DNA of 64,000 nt from Octopus sinensis (GCF_006345805.1 NC_043011.1:18054464-18118463); one strand, 5' to 3'; positions 26,527-40,173 are shown, counted from the first letter of the stretch. Translations and numbers: made by a program. The notes: generated by a model from the letters alone, not told the origin.

Positions 26527-27680
26527 GTGCATATGTGTGTGTATGCTTGCATACATTCACACACCCGTGGACATATATTTACGGCGTGCGCGCGTGTATA
26601 TGCATACTAGTGTGTATGTTTGTGTGCATTTATACGCGCACGTATTTATATCTACAGATATGTGCATTTGCATTTATGCCTGTGCATGTATGTGTACATA
26701 GGCGTATCCACACACACACACATATATACATACACACACAAAATTTCCACTTATTTCTTATCTATATTTCATATTTGTTATTTCTTTTATAGGAAAATAA
26801 AAATAAGAAATAAGTGGAAATTTTACCGGTGAGTGTGTTACGTTATAAGGCGCATATATAAAATGACTCTCCCCAGACACAAAAGAATATGCTTCAACAC
26901 ACGAATTCATATAAGGAATCCTGCAAACAAAATCCAAAAACAAAATATACATATATATATACAAACGCACAAACACACACACACACACACACACACACGT
27001 ACATATACGCACACACACATATGTATTTAGAGAGAAAAGAGAGAGAGAGAAGGAGAGACTACAGGGGGATGCGAAAAGTGAAACTAGAAGACACTTTTGT
27101 TTTCTCGTATATATAAAAGGAAAAGAGAATTAAGGAATCAAATAAAACATCCTTTAACGTCGAAGGCATAATTTATCTTGCCGACGTATAAAATCTTACG
27201 GCGAGGAATTCAAATACTGTGAGACAGCTGTTTAATCCCGAGAAAGTGCTGTTCTCTAGTTCGAAAAAATAAATTTGTCGTGGAATTTTTGTATCTGTCT
27301 AGTATGCGTATTTTATCGACTGTGCTTTATTTACATCTGTTTATATATAGCATAAAATTCACCACAATACTCCACTACAGTGTATGCGATGTGCAGTTTC
27401 TCTTAAAATCCCATACATAACTAATAAATGATTGTAGATGTGTTGGAAAGAAAACTAGGTTATTTCTAACAACCTTATAAATGCTTTTGCATACTCAGAC
27501 GTAAATTTTCTTTTCCATAACTTTATCAAGGGGCAATGCTGTAACTCTTCTGTCACATAAGTGCCACAGTTTATTTGTATTAATATATGTGTGCGAGAGT
27601 GTATCTGTGTGTGTGTATGCGTGTGTGTGTAGATGTGTGTATGTATGTATACGGGGGTATATGTAACATTCATGTGTATG

Positions 27681-27738
<58 letters not shown>

Positions 27739-27740
<2 letters not shown>

Positions 27741-27961
27741 GGAGTAAACACATAAATGTGAAACAAGGTGGAATAAAGAGTACTCAAATACCAGTGGTAG
27801 AGTAATATGCATTATTTAAAGCAGCAGAAAATTCAACAAAATCTGTTACACTGAGTTTCTCGTTGCCGTTCATCAGACAGTTTTTGCAAAAACTGTCTGA
27901 TGAACGGCAACGAGAAACTCAGAGTAACATATTTTGTTGAATTTTCTGCTGCTTTAAATAA
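27739..27961. repeat. PLE-type terminal repeat ending in a 150-bp near-perfect palindrome (27812-27961)
   Basis: Symmetry centre 27886/27887; only two mismatched pairs (27843/27930 and 27850/27923). Confidence 0.9.
27893..27929 (+). ncRNA. Minimal type I hammerhead motif (mirror copy on - strand at 27844-27880)
   Basis: CUGU-CUGAUGA-A CG(GCAA)CG A-GAAA-CUC(A)GAG-UA-ACA. Confidence 0.7.
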
Positions 27962-28034
27962 AGTATATATATAATATATATATATATATATTATATATAT
28001 ATATATATATATTTTTATTTTATTTTATAGAAGG

Positions 28035-28085
28035 AGCTTCTACAGGACTAGAACTGTTTCATTCAAAAGAAATCATCAGGAAGCT
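28035..28085 (-). ncRNA. Type I hammerhead ribozyme motif, canonical core
   Basis: AGCUUC-CUGAUGA-U UUC(UUUU)GAA U-GAAA-CAG(UUCUAGUC)CUG-UA-GAAGCU. Confidence 0.8.
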
Positions 28086-29544
28086 AGTAGACAAGAGTTG
28101 TTTTGGCATTTATACATTTAGGCAGGTTTAAATGGGTGGTGGTGGGGGACTTTTTTCGGGGGTAGGGATGGCGCAAAACTGTCATTATAAGGGGAGTGGT
28201 CAAAGGATTCGGTGGTAAAGTAGATAAAAGAATAAATAAAAGGATAAAAAATTAAAAAATTAAAAAATATAAATAGAAAAATAGGGTTTTAGGCAAGCAG
28301 GGAGACTCCCACTTGTACATCCACATATATATATATATACACATATATACACCCGCATATTCACATATATCTATACATATACATACATACCCACACACAC
28401 ATACATATATATATACATATATACACACACATATACACACATATATACAGACATATATACATACATATATATACATACATACACATATACACACATATAT
28501 ACATACAATAATACACACACCCATGCACGCACACATATACACACATATATACATACACATACATACATATATGTATACCCACTCGCACAAACATATACAA
28601 ATGCACATTCATGCACACACACACCCTTACTCTCCCATTTTAATTTTATTATTACTACCCCTGTCTATATCTCTATTTTTACTTCCATCTTGACCGGTCA
28701 ATCGGTCACAAGGGACGATCCAAAAACTCCGTCCATCCGTCTACTTACCTACACGAACGCAAGCTCCCACCCACGCCCACATCCACATACACTCACGTAC
28801 ACCCACATACACGCACACACACACACCCCAACACACCCACAGAAGACCAGTCCATGTGTTATATTCATACACGCATACATCTACACACATTCACGTATAT
28901 TCACATACAAGCATACACATACATACCTCAACCCACTCACAGAAGACCAGTCCATACACATACACCAACCAATATATATACACACATACATACACACACG
29001 TACACATACATACATATACATACACATATACACATATATATATATACATATATACTCATACACATATACATACACATACACACTCACACATATATACACA
29101 CACACATACATATACATATACATATACACATATATATATATATAAAAAAGGGAAGCTTTATGAAAATATATACACATACACACACATACACATACACATA
29201 TACATGCGCACACATACACACACACACGCGCGCATCCACATATACACACAAGTACATACATGCATAAATGTATACATATGTCTACACACATGCACACACA
29301 TCCACACACACACGCGCCTCCCAATGTTCATAAAACCATACATACATACAGGCATATACATACACACATACATGCATACTCAAATAATAATAATAATAAT
29401 AATAATAATGATAATAATAATAATAAGAATAATAAATATATATACGTGCAGTTACGAATTTTACAAACGGACACATACATATAAACATACCCATATATAC
29501 CTATTTACACGTATGTATATATACACATACATACACACATATAT

Positions 29545-29577
<33 letters not shown>

Positions 29578-29925
29578 TGTATTGATAAAACGGTAAGATA
29601 ACAAAAGAAAGAAAGAGACCTCAATATTATGTAAATAGAGGAAATTTATCTATACAATATGTTACATTACTCGGTAGTCAAGATAAAACTCTGAGTTTCA
29701 GATGCCGAAGTGGAAATCCACAACACCATCTCTTCGGTTATTTGGCTATTTGAAAACGTTATGAAAAATGAAGGGAAATTGCTCTGTTATAACTCTGCTT
29801 TGCCTGTGTACTTATACATCGCTCGCATTTTTCGTCATAAAAATTATATAAAAATACATAAAAATATATAAAAATATATAAAAAATATATAAAATCTTCT
29901 TGGGACATTACACAGAAAGCATGTT

Positions 29926-30354
29926 CTATCCGTTTTCTTTAGGGGACCAAAAACGTAACAGAAATTTAGTCACATGTGGGCATGATCCGAAAAGCTCTGT
30001 CCTTGTATTTAGACATGTGGTAGGGTCTAAGCTGCTTTTCCAGATAAGCCATCTCTCCATGTCGCATAAACCGCACCTTCCGCTGCCGTTGGCATAGTGC
30101 TTACATCTGGCCAAAATCTTCCATTGTATGTTATAATCGACACCTTTATCTCTTAGAGACCAAATATGATTGGATAATTGTGTCGCTTTTCTTTTGATCC
30201 AGTGCCTAAAGCTCAAAGTGTGGTTATTGAACCTGGCCTTGAAATTACCCTCTGTCAGGCCCACGTATTTCTTCGTCGAAACGGTGTCTTTAGTGGTTAT
30301 AGAGTTTACGGTAGCTTCATATATGATGGTCTTGGACATGCAAGCTCCATTTAG
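29926..30354 (-). pseudogene. Inverted copy of the PLE GIY-YIG endonuclease
   Basis: Same protein from LNGACMSK onward with about 6 amino-acid differences. Confidence 0.88.
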
Positions 30355-30901
30355 ACACAATTTAAAAATTAGTTTTAGTTCAACTACCAATTTTAAAAAC
30401 ATAATCAATCATAACATACAAAAAACACAAGAAGAAAACAGCTGTTCATGCAGGAATAAAGAATTGTGCCCGCTAAATGGAGCTTGCATGTCCAAGACCA
30501 TCATATATGAAGCTACCGTAAACTCTATAACCACTAAAGACACCGTTTCGACGAAGAAATACGTGGGCCTCACAGAGGATAATTTCAAGGCCAGGTTCAA
30601 TAACCACACTTTGAGCTTTAGGCACTGGAACAAAAGAAAAGCGACACAATTATCCAATCATATTTGGTCTTTAAGAGATAAAGGTGTCGATTATAACATA
30701 CAATGGAAGATTTTGGCCAGATGTAAGCCCTATACCAACGGCAGCGGAAGGTGCGGTTTATGCGACATGGAGAGATGGCTTATCTGGAAAAGCAGCTTAG
30801 ACCCTACCACATGTCTAAATACAAGGACAGAGCAATTCGGATCATGCCCACATGTGACTACATTTCTGTTACGTTTTTGGTCCCCTAAAGAAAACGGATA
30901 G
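30355..30901 (+). pseudogene. PLE C-terminal GIY-YIG endonuclease (open frame, 5'-truncated)
   Basis: CSCRNKELC (CxCx5C), IIYEATV...KYVGLTE..FKARFNNH, RCGLC, CPH. Confidence 0.88.
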
Positions 30902-31087
30902 AACATGCTTTCTGTGTAATGTCCCAAGAAGATTTTATATATTTTTATATATTTTTATGTATTTTTATATAATTTTTATGACGAAAAATGCGAGCGATGT
31001 ATAAGTACAGAGGCAAAGCAGAGTTATAACAGAGTAATTTCCCTTCATTTTTAACGGTATTTTTTTTATAACGTTTTCAAATAGCCA

Positions 31088-31148
31088 GATAACCGAAGAG
31101 ATGGTGTTGTGGATTTCCACTTCGGCATCTGAAACTCAGAGTTTTATC
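31088..31148 (+). ncRNA. Hammerhead-like motif in PLE pLTR (core CCGAAGA); copies at 29682-29742 (-) and about 31858-31917 (+)
   Basis: GAUAA-CCGAAGA-GAUG...CAUC U-GAAA-CUC(A)GAG-UU-UUAUC. Confidence 0.55.
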
Positions 31149-31180
31149 TTGACTACCGAGTAATGTAACATATTGTATAG

Positions 31181-31215
<35 letters not shown>

Positions 31216-31573
31216 TATACATTTTATTGAAACTGCAAAATTACCACAGTTACTTAGAGTTTCACGGTCCTGCTCGTCGGATTGTTGCGATGAATACTGA
31301 ATTGAAATCGTGATTACAAATGTAGTATAGTGTTATGTAATATAATTCAGATATACAAATAAGCATTTAAATTTGATTGCGTGAAGGTTTTCAAAATATA
31401 ACGGTGTAATTTAAGTTACAAGATGAGAAGTAATGGTTTTTGAAAACTATACTACTGTGTGTGTGTGTGTGTGTGTGTGTGCTTGTGTGTGTGTGTGCTT
31501 GTGTGTGTGCGCGTTGTATATATATATATATATATACATATACACACACACACACATACATAATATATATATA

Positions 31574-31622
<49 letters not shown>

Positions 31623-31706
31623 TATATATAGATAAATGATTTTTTACGTATTACCGCCTGTATGCAGGAGTTTGTGAGTATATATATATAACTACACAGG
31701 GCCTTC

Positions 31707-32131
31707 TTTTATATTTTATATATTTTTATGTATTTTTATATAATTTTTATGACGAAAAATGCGAGCGATGTATAAGTACAGAGGCAAAGCAGAGTTATAA
31801 CAGAGTAATTTCCCTTCATTTTTAACGGTATTTTTTTTATAACGTTTTCAAATAGCCAGATAACCGAAGAGATGGTGTTGTGGATTTCCACTTCGCACTG
31901 AAACTCAGAGTTTTATCTTGACTACCGAGTAATGTAACATATTGTATAGATATATAGTATATATATAATATATTATACATATACATTTTATTGAAACTGC
32001 AAAATTACCACAGTTACTTAGAGTTTAACGGTCCTGCTCGTCGGATTGTTGCGATGAATACTGAATTGAAATCGTGATTACAATTTAGTATAGTGTTATG
32101 TAATATAATTCAGATATACAAATAAGCATTT
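31707..32131 (+). repeat. Direct duplication of 30933-31368 (PLE pLTR plus an adjacent second repeat end)
   Basis: Near-identical sequence from TTTTATG..ACGAAAAATGCGAGCG to TACAAATAAGCATTT. Confidence 0.92.
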
Positions 32132-32531
32132 CGGCACCGTCTTTTCAATTGTATTACAATTCAATGGTAGTATTAGTCACCTATGAAATTCCATTACCAG
32201 TCCATGAGCTACATTTATACAAATGTGGAAATTGCTCTTTTAAACTACACCACTATGGGCCCCAATAGATGTTGCTAATAAAGGAGACAAATTTGTTTAT
32301 CCTATTTGTAACTCTCTTTAAATTAGGAATTATCTGAATTATTCCGATTTGTCTTAGCGACTTCAAGCTACAGGTAGAAAAATACCCGAAATTAAGTAAC
32401 ACAGAACATGTATGTAGTACCTTGAATTTACATAATAATCATTCGGTCAGTCTTTTGAAACGAGCGTAGTAAATAATCACCCTTTCCATTCCCTACACAG
32501 ATTATTATTACATAATCAGCATATTTAAATA

Positions 32532-32597
<66 letters not shown>

Positions 32598-32601
32598 TAT
32601 A

Positions 32602-32675
<74 letters not shown>

Positions 32676-33549
32676 ATTATATATATATATATATGAAGCT
32701 GTGTACTGGCGGACATCTTACTGGAATTTCAACTTATTTCAAATGTGAACGAAGTGCATTGCATATATCATGAATATTATTGCGCGATTTTCTACTTCCT
32801 TGTTTATGCTTGAAGCTAATCAGGTGTCTGTGCCACGACCATTTTCGATATCTCTACATTATTATATAAAAATACATTGACACACACATATTTATATGTG
32901 TGCATGTATGTATCATTCAACAAACAAACATGCATATAGTTTATTCATATATATGAATTTATGCGTTAGTGTAAAATGTATGTGTGTGAATTTTAACATA
33001 TTCAAATAACCATTAGTTTTCCGATGTCTTTCTTTATTTCTTCATTTTACTTTTGATTCATCTCTATACAAAACTGAAATATCTGAATTTATATATTTGC
33101 TTTGTATATATTTTCCAGTATTTGTTTCTCTTTGAAGAAAGTATAGATCTCTTTTATGGCAGACTTCTAAGCTGCGCTTTATATGATGTGTCATGCTATT
33201 AATTCAACAGATAACTCCACGAAATGCCAAAACCTATTTTTCTTCGGCATTTACCATCAATAATTATGTATGACATTTAATTTTTTCTTTCTGAAAAATT
33301 GGTTAGTTCTCTGAATGTGATTAAATGTTCATAAAACTTACTTGCAGGCAATTATTATAAATTATTTCATATCACGCCTGTACTGAAGTGCATGTGCGTA
33401 TATGAGTAAGTATATGTTTGTGTATGCGTGTCTGTAAGCGTGTGTGCATGCGTGTCTATGTGTGTATGTGTTTGTGTCCGTTTGCATGTGTATAAACATA
33501 TTTATCTATATCCATATATATCCATCTTTGTGTATATATGTGTGTATAT

Positions 33550-33621
<72 letters not shown>

Positions 33622-34484
33622 ACATGTATATATATATAAAGTGTGTGTGCATTTGTTTTGCGTACGTCAATGTATGAACTGAAGACGCGATTGCACTGAC
33701 AATTATCAGAGAGTAATCTTCACATTACAATATGGATTTTCATTGAGTCTTAGTTTTGCGCAGTTTTATATCTGAATATATGCATTACATATGCACAGTG
33801 TGACATACATGGATATAAACACAAACGAACGCGCACACACTCTCGTAGACTTACAAACACACATATATATATATATTCGCCCACACATTTATACATATAT
33901 AATGTATTTATTTATGACATAAGGAATTTATGACAGTGGAAATAAATTTGCGCTCAACAGTAAATCTACATTGGAAAAGAATGATATCAGACAATAGTCC
34001 GAGTTTTAGTTTTGATCAGGGGAATATTTTGGAGATTAAACAAAGCAACAGTCACTTATATTTTTGTAGGTAAAGATGAAGAAATGCGGGAAATGAGATG
34101 TGGACGTAAAAATAAACGTATATTATATGAATTTATAAAAGCATCACTGAAAGTGTAATTAGGATGTTGGTAGTATTTCATGCTGGGTATTGATTAGATA
34201 TTGCAATAAAATGTCATTTTACATCCTCTTGCATAACTGAATATGAAGAACAAATTATAAAGCTGCAGAATCATTTTGCCTCCAGTCTGATGACCGAACA
34301 TCGCTTTGTCTTTTGTATTCTTTTTTTGCATGGAAAATAGCAAAAATCATGGTGATAATGTCCAAAACTAAACGATCAGGTTACATATAGCATGTATATA
34401 AATGTGTAGGAATATGTATGTTTATATATGTGTGTGTGCTTCTGTGTGTGTGTGAGTATGTATATATCTGTGTGTATGTGTATA

Positions 34485-35185
34485 CACGAGGGAGTATACA
34501 AAAGAAACCGGATTTTTTGCAACGTTGCTTTATTCATTAAATTTTATACCTTTACACTTTTATCACCTTGAAACTATTTTCCATTTGAAGCAAAACATCG
34601 GTCCACAAGCGTTTTCCACAGTCCGAAGCAGTACTAGAACTCTTGCAAAGTGATGACGTTTAAAACCTCCATCGTGTATTTCTTCAACTCTTCCACATCT
34701 GCCAATTCTACAGCCTCAGTACAAAGGTGCAAATCAACTTACAACTGCTCTTTCAGTTCGTGACAAGCATTGAGCCGTGACTACTTTTGATCTTCCGTGA
34801 TCTAGCGAGGTATAACTTTTGCTGAAACACTTTCCATTTGCAATTCTTCGCACAAAATTCGTTGGCAAGAGCTCAATAACACACCAGTCATATCGACAAC
34901 TTCGTCAATTGTTCAGTGACAAGCCTTCAGTAACAGTTCCTGAATGTTAATAATGCTTTAAATTTTTCAGGAGGTCGATGGTCGTCTAGAGTGTGGCTGG
35001 TCGTCAAGTGACAAGTAACCATTTCTCATGAGTGAAAACAACTCGCAAATTTGTGCTTTGTTCACGACAGCATCCTCGAATCTTGACAACATCACTCACC
35101 CTTTTGCCAGTAGAAAACAAAATTTCACGGAAGCATGTTTTTTCTTCATTTCAGCCATCATAAAATCGACGATCAAATCTAACCC
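34485..35185 (-). mobile_element. Internally deleted mariner remnant
   Basis: TIR-like CACGAGGGAGTATACAAAAG at 34485; minus-strand MAEMKKKHASVKFCFLL...DDQPHSRRPSTS and C-terminal ELKKYTMEVLNVITLQEF..DRCFASNG. Confidence 0.85.
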
Positions 35186-35251
35186 CTAATTATAATTCTG
35201 CTTATAATTATAGAATATTTGAATACATATATATATATAGAGAGATATATG

Positions 35252-35356
<105 letters not shown>

Positions 35357-36354
35357 CGATAGAAAGATGGATAGATAGATATAGATTAGAGACAGGTGTT
35401 CTCTATATAGAATACACATAGTAGTTCTCAAGAAATTTGAGCAGGTATATTAGTAAACGTAATGACAAGCAAGTAAGGCAAGTCGATTTACACAGAATAT
35501 TATTTACATTTAATGCAAAAATGTACATGTGTATGCATATAAAGTTGTCTAACTTCAGCAGAATATAATATCAGGGAACACGTATTATAAATTCATACGT
35601 ATAAACACACACACACAAACATTCAAACACACACAAACACACACACACACACACACATATGATTATAGGTATCAATTTATAATACGTGTTCCTTTATGCT
35701 GGTGTTAGCTCCATTCTTCTCTGGACAACCATTCCTGGTTTGTTTACGTCATATCTGTTCGGCTAGCAGGGAATTAAAGAAGTATCTTAGCATGAAACCA
35801 GTTTCATTTATTTGATGACATATACTGGACTCCGTACAATAAATTGATTCTTCTAAGGATTGCTATTTATTTATATATACACACATATATTTAGGGCATT
35901 TACAAAATCATTTGATACGGTTATAATATTTAGAGAACGGTTTTTTTACAAAAAGTTAAGATTACAAAAAGGAACGTTTTAGAGAATAGAATATCATTAA
36001 CCTTTAAAAAGGAATTTCACAAATTGCGTGTAGGTCTTAATATGTGTTCAATTGCTTTCAGTTCTCATGTGTTATGGCAATTGTATATAGCGGAATTTGT
36101 TTTAGGTAAAAGTTGTTGTTTATTTCGGTTTTAGTTTCGGATTCAGAAACCTAAAATATTCTTCTTTACTCCACAAATGTTTTGTTGTCAATCCTGAACT
36201 TTCCCATATCACCTGTTTCAACATAACTGTAATTTTTATGTACAATCTATGCCATTTTAATCCCGATTCACGGCGGATGTCTCTGCTAGGGATGTCATAA
36301 TGCATGTGCTCCCAAACATTGCACAAAACTTTAGCTACAGTCAATGTCTCTGTG

Positions 36355-36910
36355 AACGAGCTATCTTAGCTCATCTTTGTGATGCTGTCAACAAAATCAA
36401 CTGAGATCTCTTGCAGCTATTGTCGACGCTGTTACTGATCATGACTAGGCTATAGATTTTCCTACTGAGTTCCTAAACACTCTCCAAGCATCTGGGATAC
36501 TATCTCACCACATAATGTGGCCCCAATCATACTGCTCGGGAATATGGACCCACCTCATATGTGCAATGGCACCAGACTGGTGGTGAAAGCGATGCGACCC
36601 CATGTCCTAGGGTCAATAGTTATGACTGCGAACTATAAAGTTGAGGATGTCTTCATTCTACGGATCCCGTTAATCCCATATGACATCCACTTTGAATTTA
36701 AACGGTTCTAGTTCCCATTGAAACTAAGTTTCGCTATGTCAATACACAAGTCTCAATGACAGTCTCTCGGGGTTGTTGAATTTCATCTTGCTTCTCTCAT
36801 GGGCAATTATATGCTGGAAGTTCGCGAGCTGGAAGTTTCCCAAATCTTTTCATTTATACACCAATTAAAGTACGCACTCAAATTCATCGTATATTTAGAA
36901 GCTCTAGATA
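36355..36910 (+). mobile_element. Helitron PIF1-like helicase C-terminal pseudogene fragment
   Basis: AILAHLCDAVNKIN, FPTEFLNTLQASG, PIILLGNMDPPHMCNGTRLVV, FPLKLSFAMSIHKSQ, FSHGQLY; degenerate Helitron-like 3' end CCCGAGCAACGCC..TTTCTGCAAG at about 37432-37458. Confidence 0.88.
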
Positions 36911-37005
36911 ACTAAACTGTGATTAATTTCTGTATTTGTTCCAATATATTTCTTTATACTGACATCTGATAGAATTTTTGTTAAATGCACTCTTGGACAT
37001 ATATG

Positions 37006-37064
<59 letters not shown>

Positions 37065-37479
37065 TGTGTATAGATATAGGTTCTGCTCAAATTTATGCAT
37101 TTTCAGGTTCAACATGTTTCAAATAAGTACTGGCAATTAAAGAACTACCTGTTTTTTTAACAACCTTAACACCGGGAGCATCGGATAAAACATGCTACTG
37201 ACATTAATAGTTTGTAACTCAGCTAATTACTGTTGAGAACTGCATAATCCACGTTTCATTTTACTTAGAGATTTAAAAGACATACTTAAATGCCATTACT
37301 TTAATAACATGAGAAACGTCGGGTTATTAACATATAAATTTGATATCTCAGCTAGGAGGAGGTGAGGCTTGCGTATTCTGTTGCATGTTAGAGATTTAAA
37401 AGGTATTTTAAAATTTCATTCGTTTCTTTAACCCGAGCAACGCCTATTATTTCTGCAAGTTTATTTTATAAAATTGGAA

Positions 37480-38600
37480 TATTGTGAATTTCCTTGTACA
37501 CAGGTGTCTAACTGGTCGCTGCAGGCTAAGCATCAAGCGAGGTATGTTTCAGTTGGTATCTTTACACATTTACATGGTAGGTTAATTTTGGTTTTGTTTC
37601 TCTAACATAGTTTTCATTGTATAGCGGGCATGTGACACGGTATAACATTTTAAAAAAATTCTGTAGTTCATATTTGCATATACATTTAATCCCTCCCCGT
37701 TTTAAAATTATTTGGCTGATCACTCTTCGATTAATACGCATGTCCTACATTGAGGGTCTTCACACAGTGTTAAATGCGAGGTTTTCTTCTCTCATGTGAA
37801 ACTTGCCTTGTTTAGATGTCTCTTAAGTTCTTAAGATTAGGTGGTACTTACTTGTATTTGTGGCGACATTCACCCTGGGCGGGTTGAATCGGCTTCTTCT
37901 ACCACACTCGAGGCATATCGAAGAAGTTGGAAGAAGTTTCGTGGAAATATGTGGATTTCACAAGCAGTCCCCAACAATCCCGCATGTAGAGACATCCTGT
38001 TTGCTGCAGATTGTCCGCAGACGCAGGGGCAGAATGACCGAGAAACCGCTGATTGCCGAAACAGACACTCCGAGGATTTTCACCAGAGAGTCTTCCGGGT
38101 TGTGGCCATAATACCATTCGGTGTCAGACCAATCCGCCTTGGGTGGCCCTGCTTGGAACCGAAGTTCCCAACGGCATTGCTCTGACACTACCCGTCGCCA
38201 GCGTCCCCACCACGGTGAGGAGGGGATGGATTAGGTGGTGGTCTTCGGCTGTTGAGGATCTGTTGTTCCTTCATTATCTGTCGGAGATTTGGGGACTGGT
38301 GTAGAATTGGTAGGAAGCGTTTGACTAAATGCAAAAGTTCGTGTTTCCTGAGATTGTGGGTGATTAAAACGGAATATTTTTTATATGCATCTTCTTGTTA
38401 CATATATGGTTTTGTTTCGGAGATTGCAAACTGAAAATCTTATTTGCTTAACACGATATTCTTCTTCATGTATATTGGGATTAGATTCATATAAAACACA
38501 TTTGCGATCATCCTGAATTCTTTGACTGTTTTCATTTTTACCAGTATCAAATTCGGAGACAGCCCAACAGATTTTCATCATTATAACAGTTTCTCATCTT
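37480..38600 (-). mobile_element. Degraded Penelope-like element (Neptune-type linker, Zn finger and GIY-YIG), interrupted by a retroposon
   Basis: Minus strand LPILHQSPNLRQIM..NSRRPPPNLKNL (continuous across the insertion once one TSD is removed), CEDPQCRTC, and YRVTCPLYNENYVRETK. Confidence 0.8.
37846..38228 (-). mobile_element. Short non-coding RTE-like retroposon (SIDE-like), second copy
   Basis: Perfect 11-bp TSD GATTAGGTGGT (37835-37845 and 38229-38239); tail CAAGTAAGTA; homologous to 7353-7833. Confidence 0.85.
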
Positions 38601-39440
38601 TCTCAGTTTTAATACGCTTCGCAGCATCATATTCCCATACATATGAATCTGTTTTTAATATCATCGCATTTTGATATTTACATTTAAACAAAAAATGAAC
38701 TACATAAAAATGTTGAAGTTAAACTCTTTACTCATTAGAGATATGTAAGATGCGTTAAATATTTTGCATATACGGATATTTATATGGGGACGTGTAAATA
38801 TCGTAGTAGATTTTATACACACAGATGAACACGCAGATACACACTGAACTAAGATGCTTACACTACTATTTAAACGTTGACCTTCTTTTGAAGACCGAAA
38901 TAAAATAATATAAATATCTAAAAGATACTGGAATTTGTGTATGTGCATATATGTATGTCTTCGTCTCTCACTCTCTCGCTCTCTTTCTCTTGGACATATA
39001 TTTATATATATGTGTGGTGTGTGTGTGTGTGTGTGTGTGTATAAATATAAGCATGTATATATGTATGCATGTGTGCATGACGTCAAATGAAATACCGTTG
39101 TATATAACATATGTATATATAACAAGCAAACACAAACGAACTTGCGTGTTCGTTTCTTTTTTAGAATCTGTTATTTTATTATTGATGTTTTATATAAATG
39201 AAGCTGTATCCTGTAATTTTCTGTTTTTCTTTATACGAAATGAGAAGATACATTACGGAACTGTCGATTTAAGGAGTTATATTCATTTATCACCCGAAGA
39301 AACGCATCTGCATCGTCGGATGGTACTGAATCAGTTGTTAAGAATTTCCTCCTTCAGGGACCAATGCTAGATTGGTCGAAACAATCGTAGTGACTAATAA
39401 CAATTCTCAGAAATACCATCTTTCGTTTAACAAAAGCCAA

Positions 39441-39481
<41 letters not shown>

Positions 39482-39518
39482 TATTTGTGTGTGTGCCTGT
39501 GTGCGTATATGAGGATAT

Positions 39519-39596
<78 letters not shown>

Positions 39597-39654
39597 TATA
39601 CACATACATATATATGCCTATATATATAGGTTTGTATATATATATATATACATT

Positions 39655-39851
39655 CAAAATATGACCGCGTGGGTACCGTTCGCGATTTTTTTCCTCCGCC
39701 TTCTCTTCTTTGGATCTTTCCTTTTTCTATCTTTCTAACGAAGCGCTCCGCTCGAAACGTTAACCCCTCCTTCTTTCCTTCTTTCTTGAGCGTCCAATAA
39801 TACTATACATGTTCCATGTCCTCACGTTGTTGTGTTTTCCTGTTTGGATTG

Positions 39852-39855
<4 letters not shown>
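39655..39855 (+). repeat. PLE-type terminal repeat with a degenerate minimal hammerhead
   Basis: TTT-CTAACGA-AGCGC TCC GCTC-GAAA-CG-TT at 39732-39763; 3' part resembles the inverted segment at about 42840-42900. Confidence 0.45.
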
Positions 39856-39894
<39 letters not shown>

Positions 39895-40173
39895 TGTGTG
39901 TGTGTGTGTGTGTGTGTGTGTCTGTCTGTCTGTGTGTGTATGTGTGTGTATAATACATACTAATATACATCTATGTTTAAGTGCTCACATGAATTTATAC
40001 ATATCTACTTTAATGCATATTCGTTACTGTATATATGATCACATCTAGAAATACTAACATGTTTATAAACATTGTATGCTCTCATATACACATATGTGTG
40101 TTAGGATGTGTGCATATATGCATACGTGTATACACACACATATATATATATATATGTATATATATATGTATAT

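Larger units (their letters stand above)
29585..31183. mobile_element. Penelope-like element, two 5'-truncated 3' ends in inverted orientation (Hydra-type endonuclease)
   Basis: Near-identical arms 29647-30354 (-) and 30355-31183 (+), each encoding a GIY-YIG domain followed by a pLTR with a hammerhead-like motif. Confidence 0.9.

Noticed and set aside
30170-30901. 243-aa ORF as a novel host protein
   Set aside because: Its N-terminal part is the antisense of the inverted PLE arm; it is a junction artefact of the element
39345-39395. Hammerhead-like hairpin GACCAAT-GCTAG-ATTGGTC-GAAA
   Set aside because: Upstream core reads CTTCAGG and stem I is not recoverable; too degenerate
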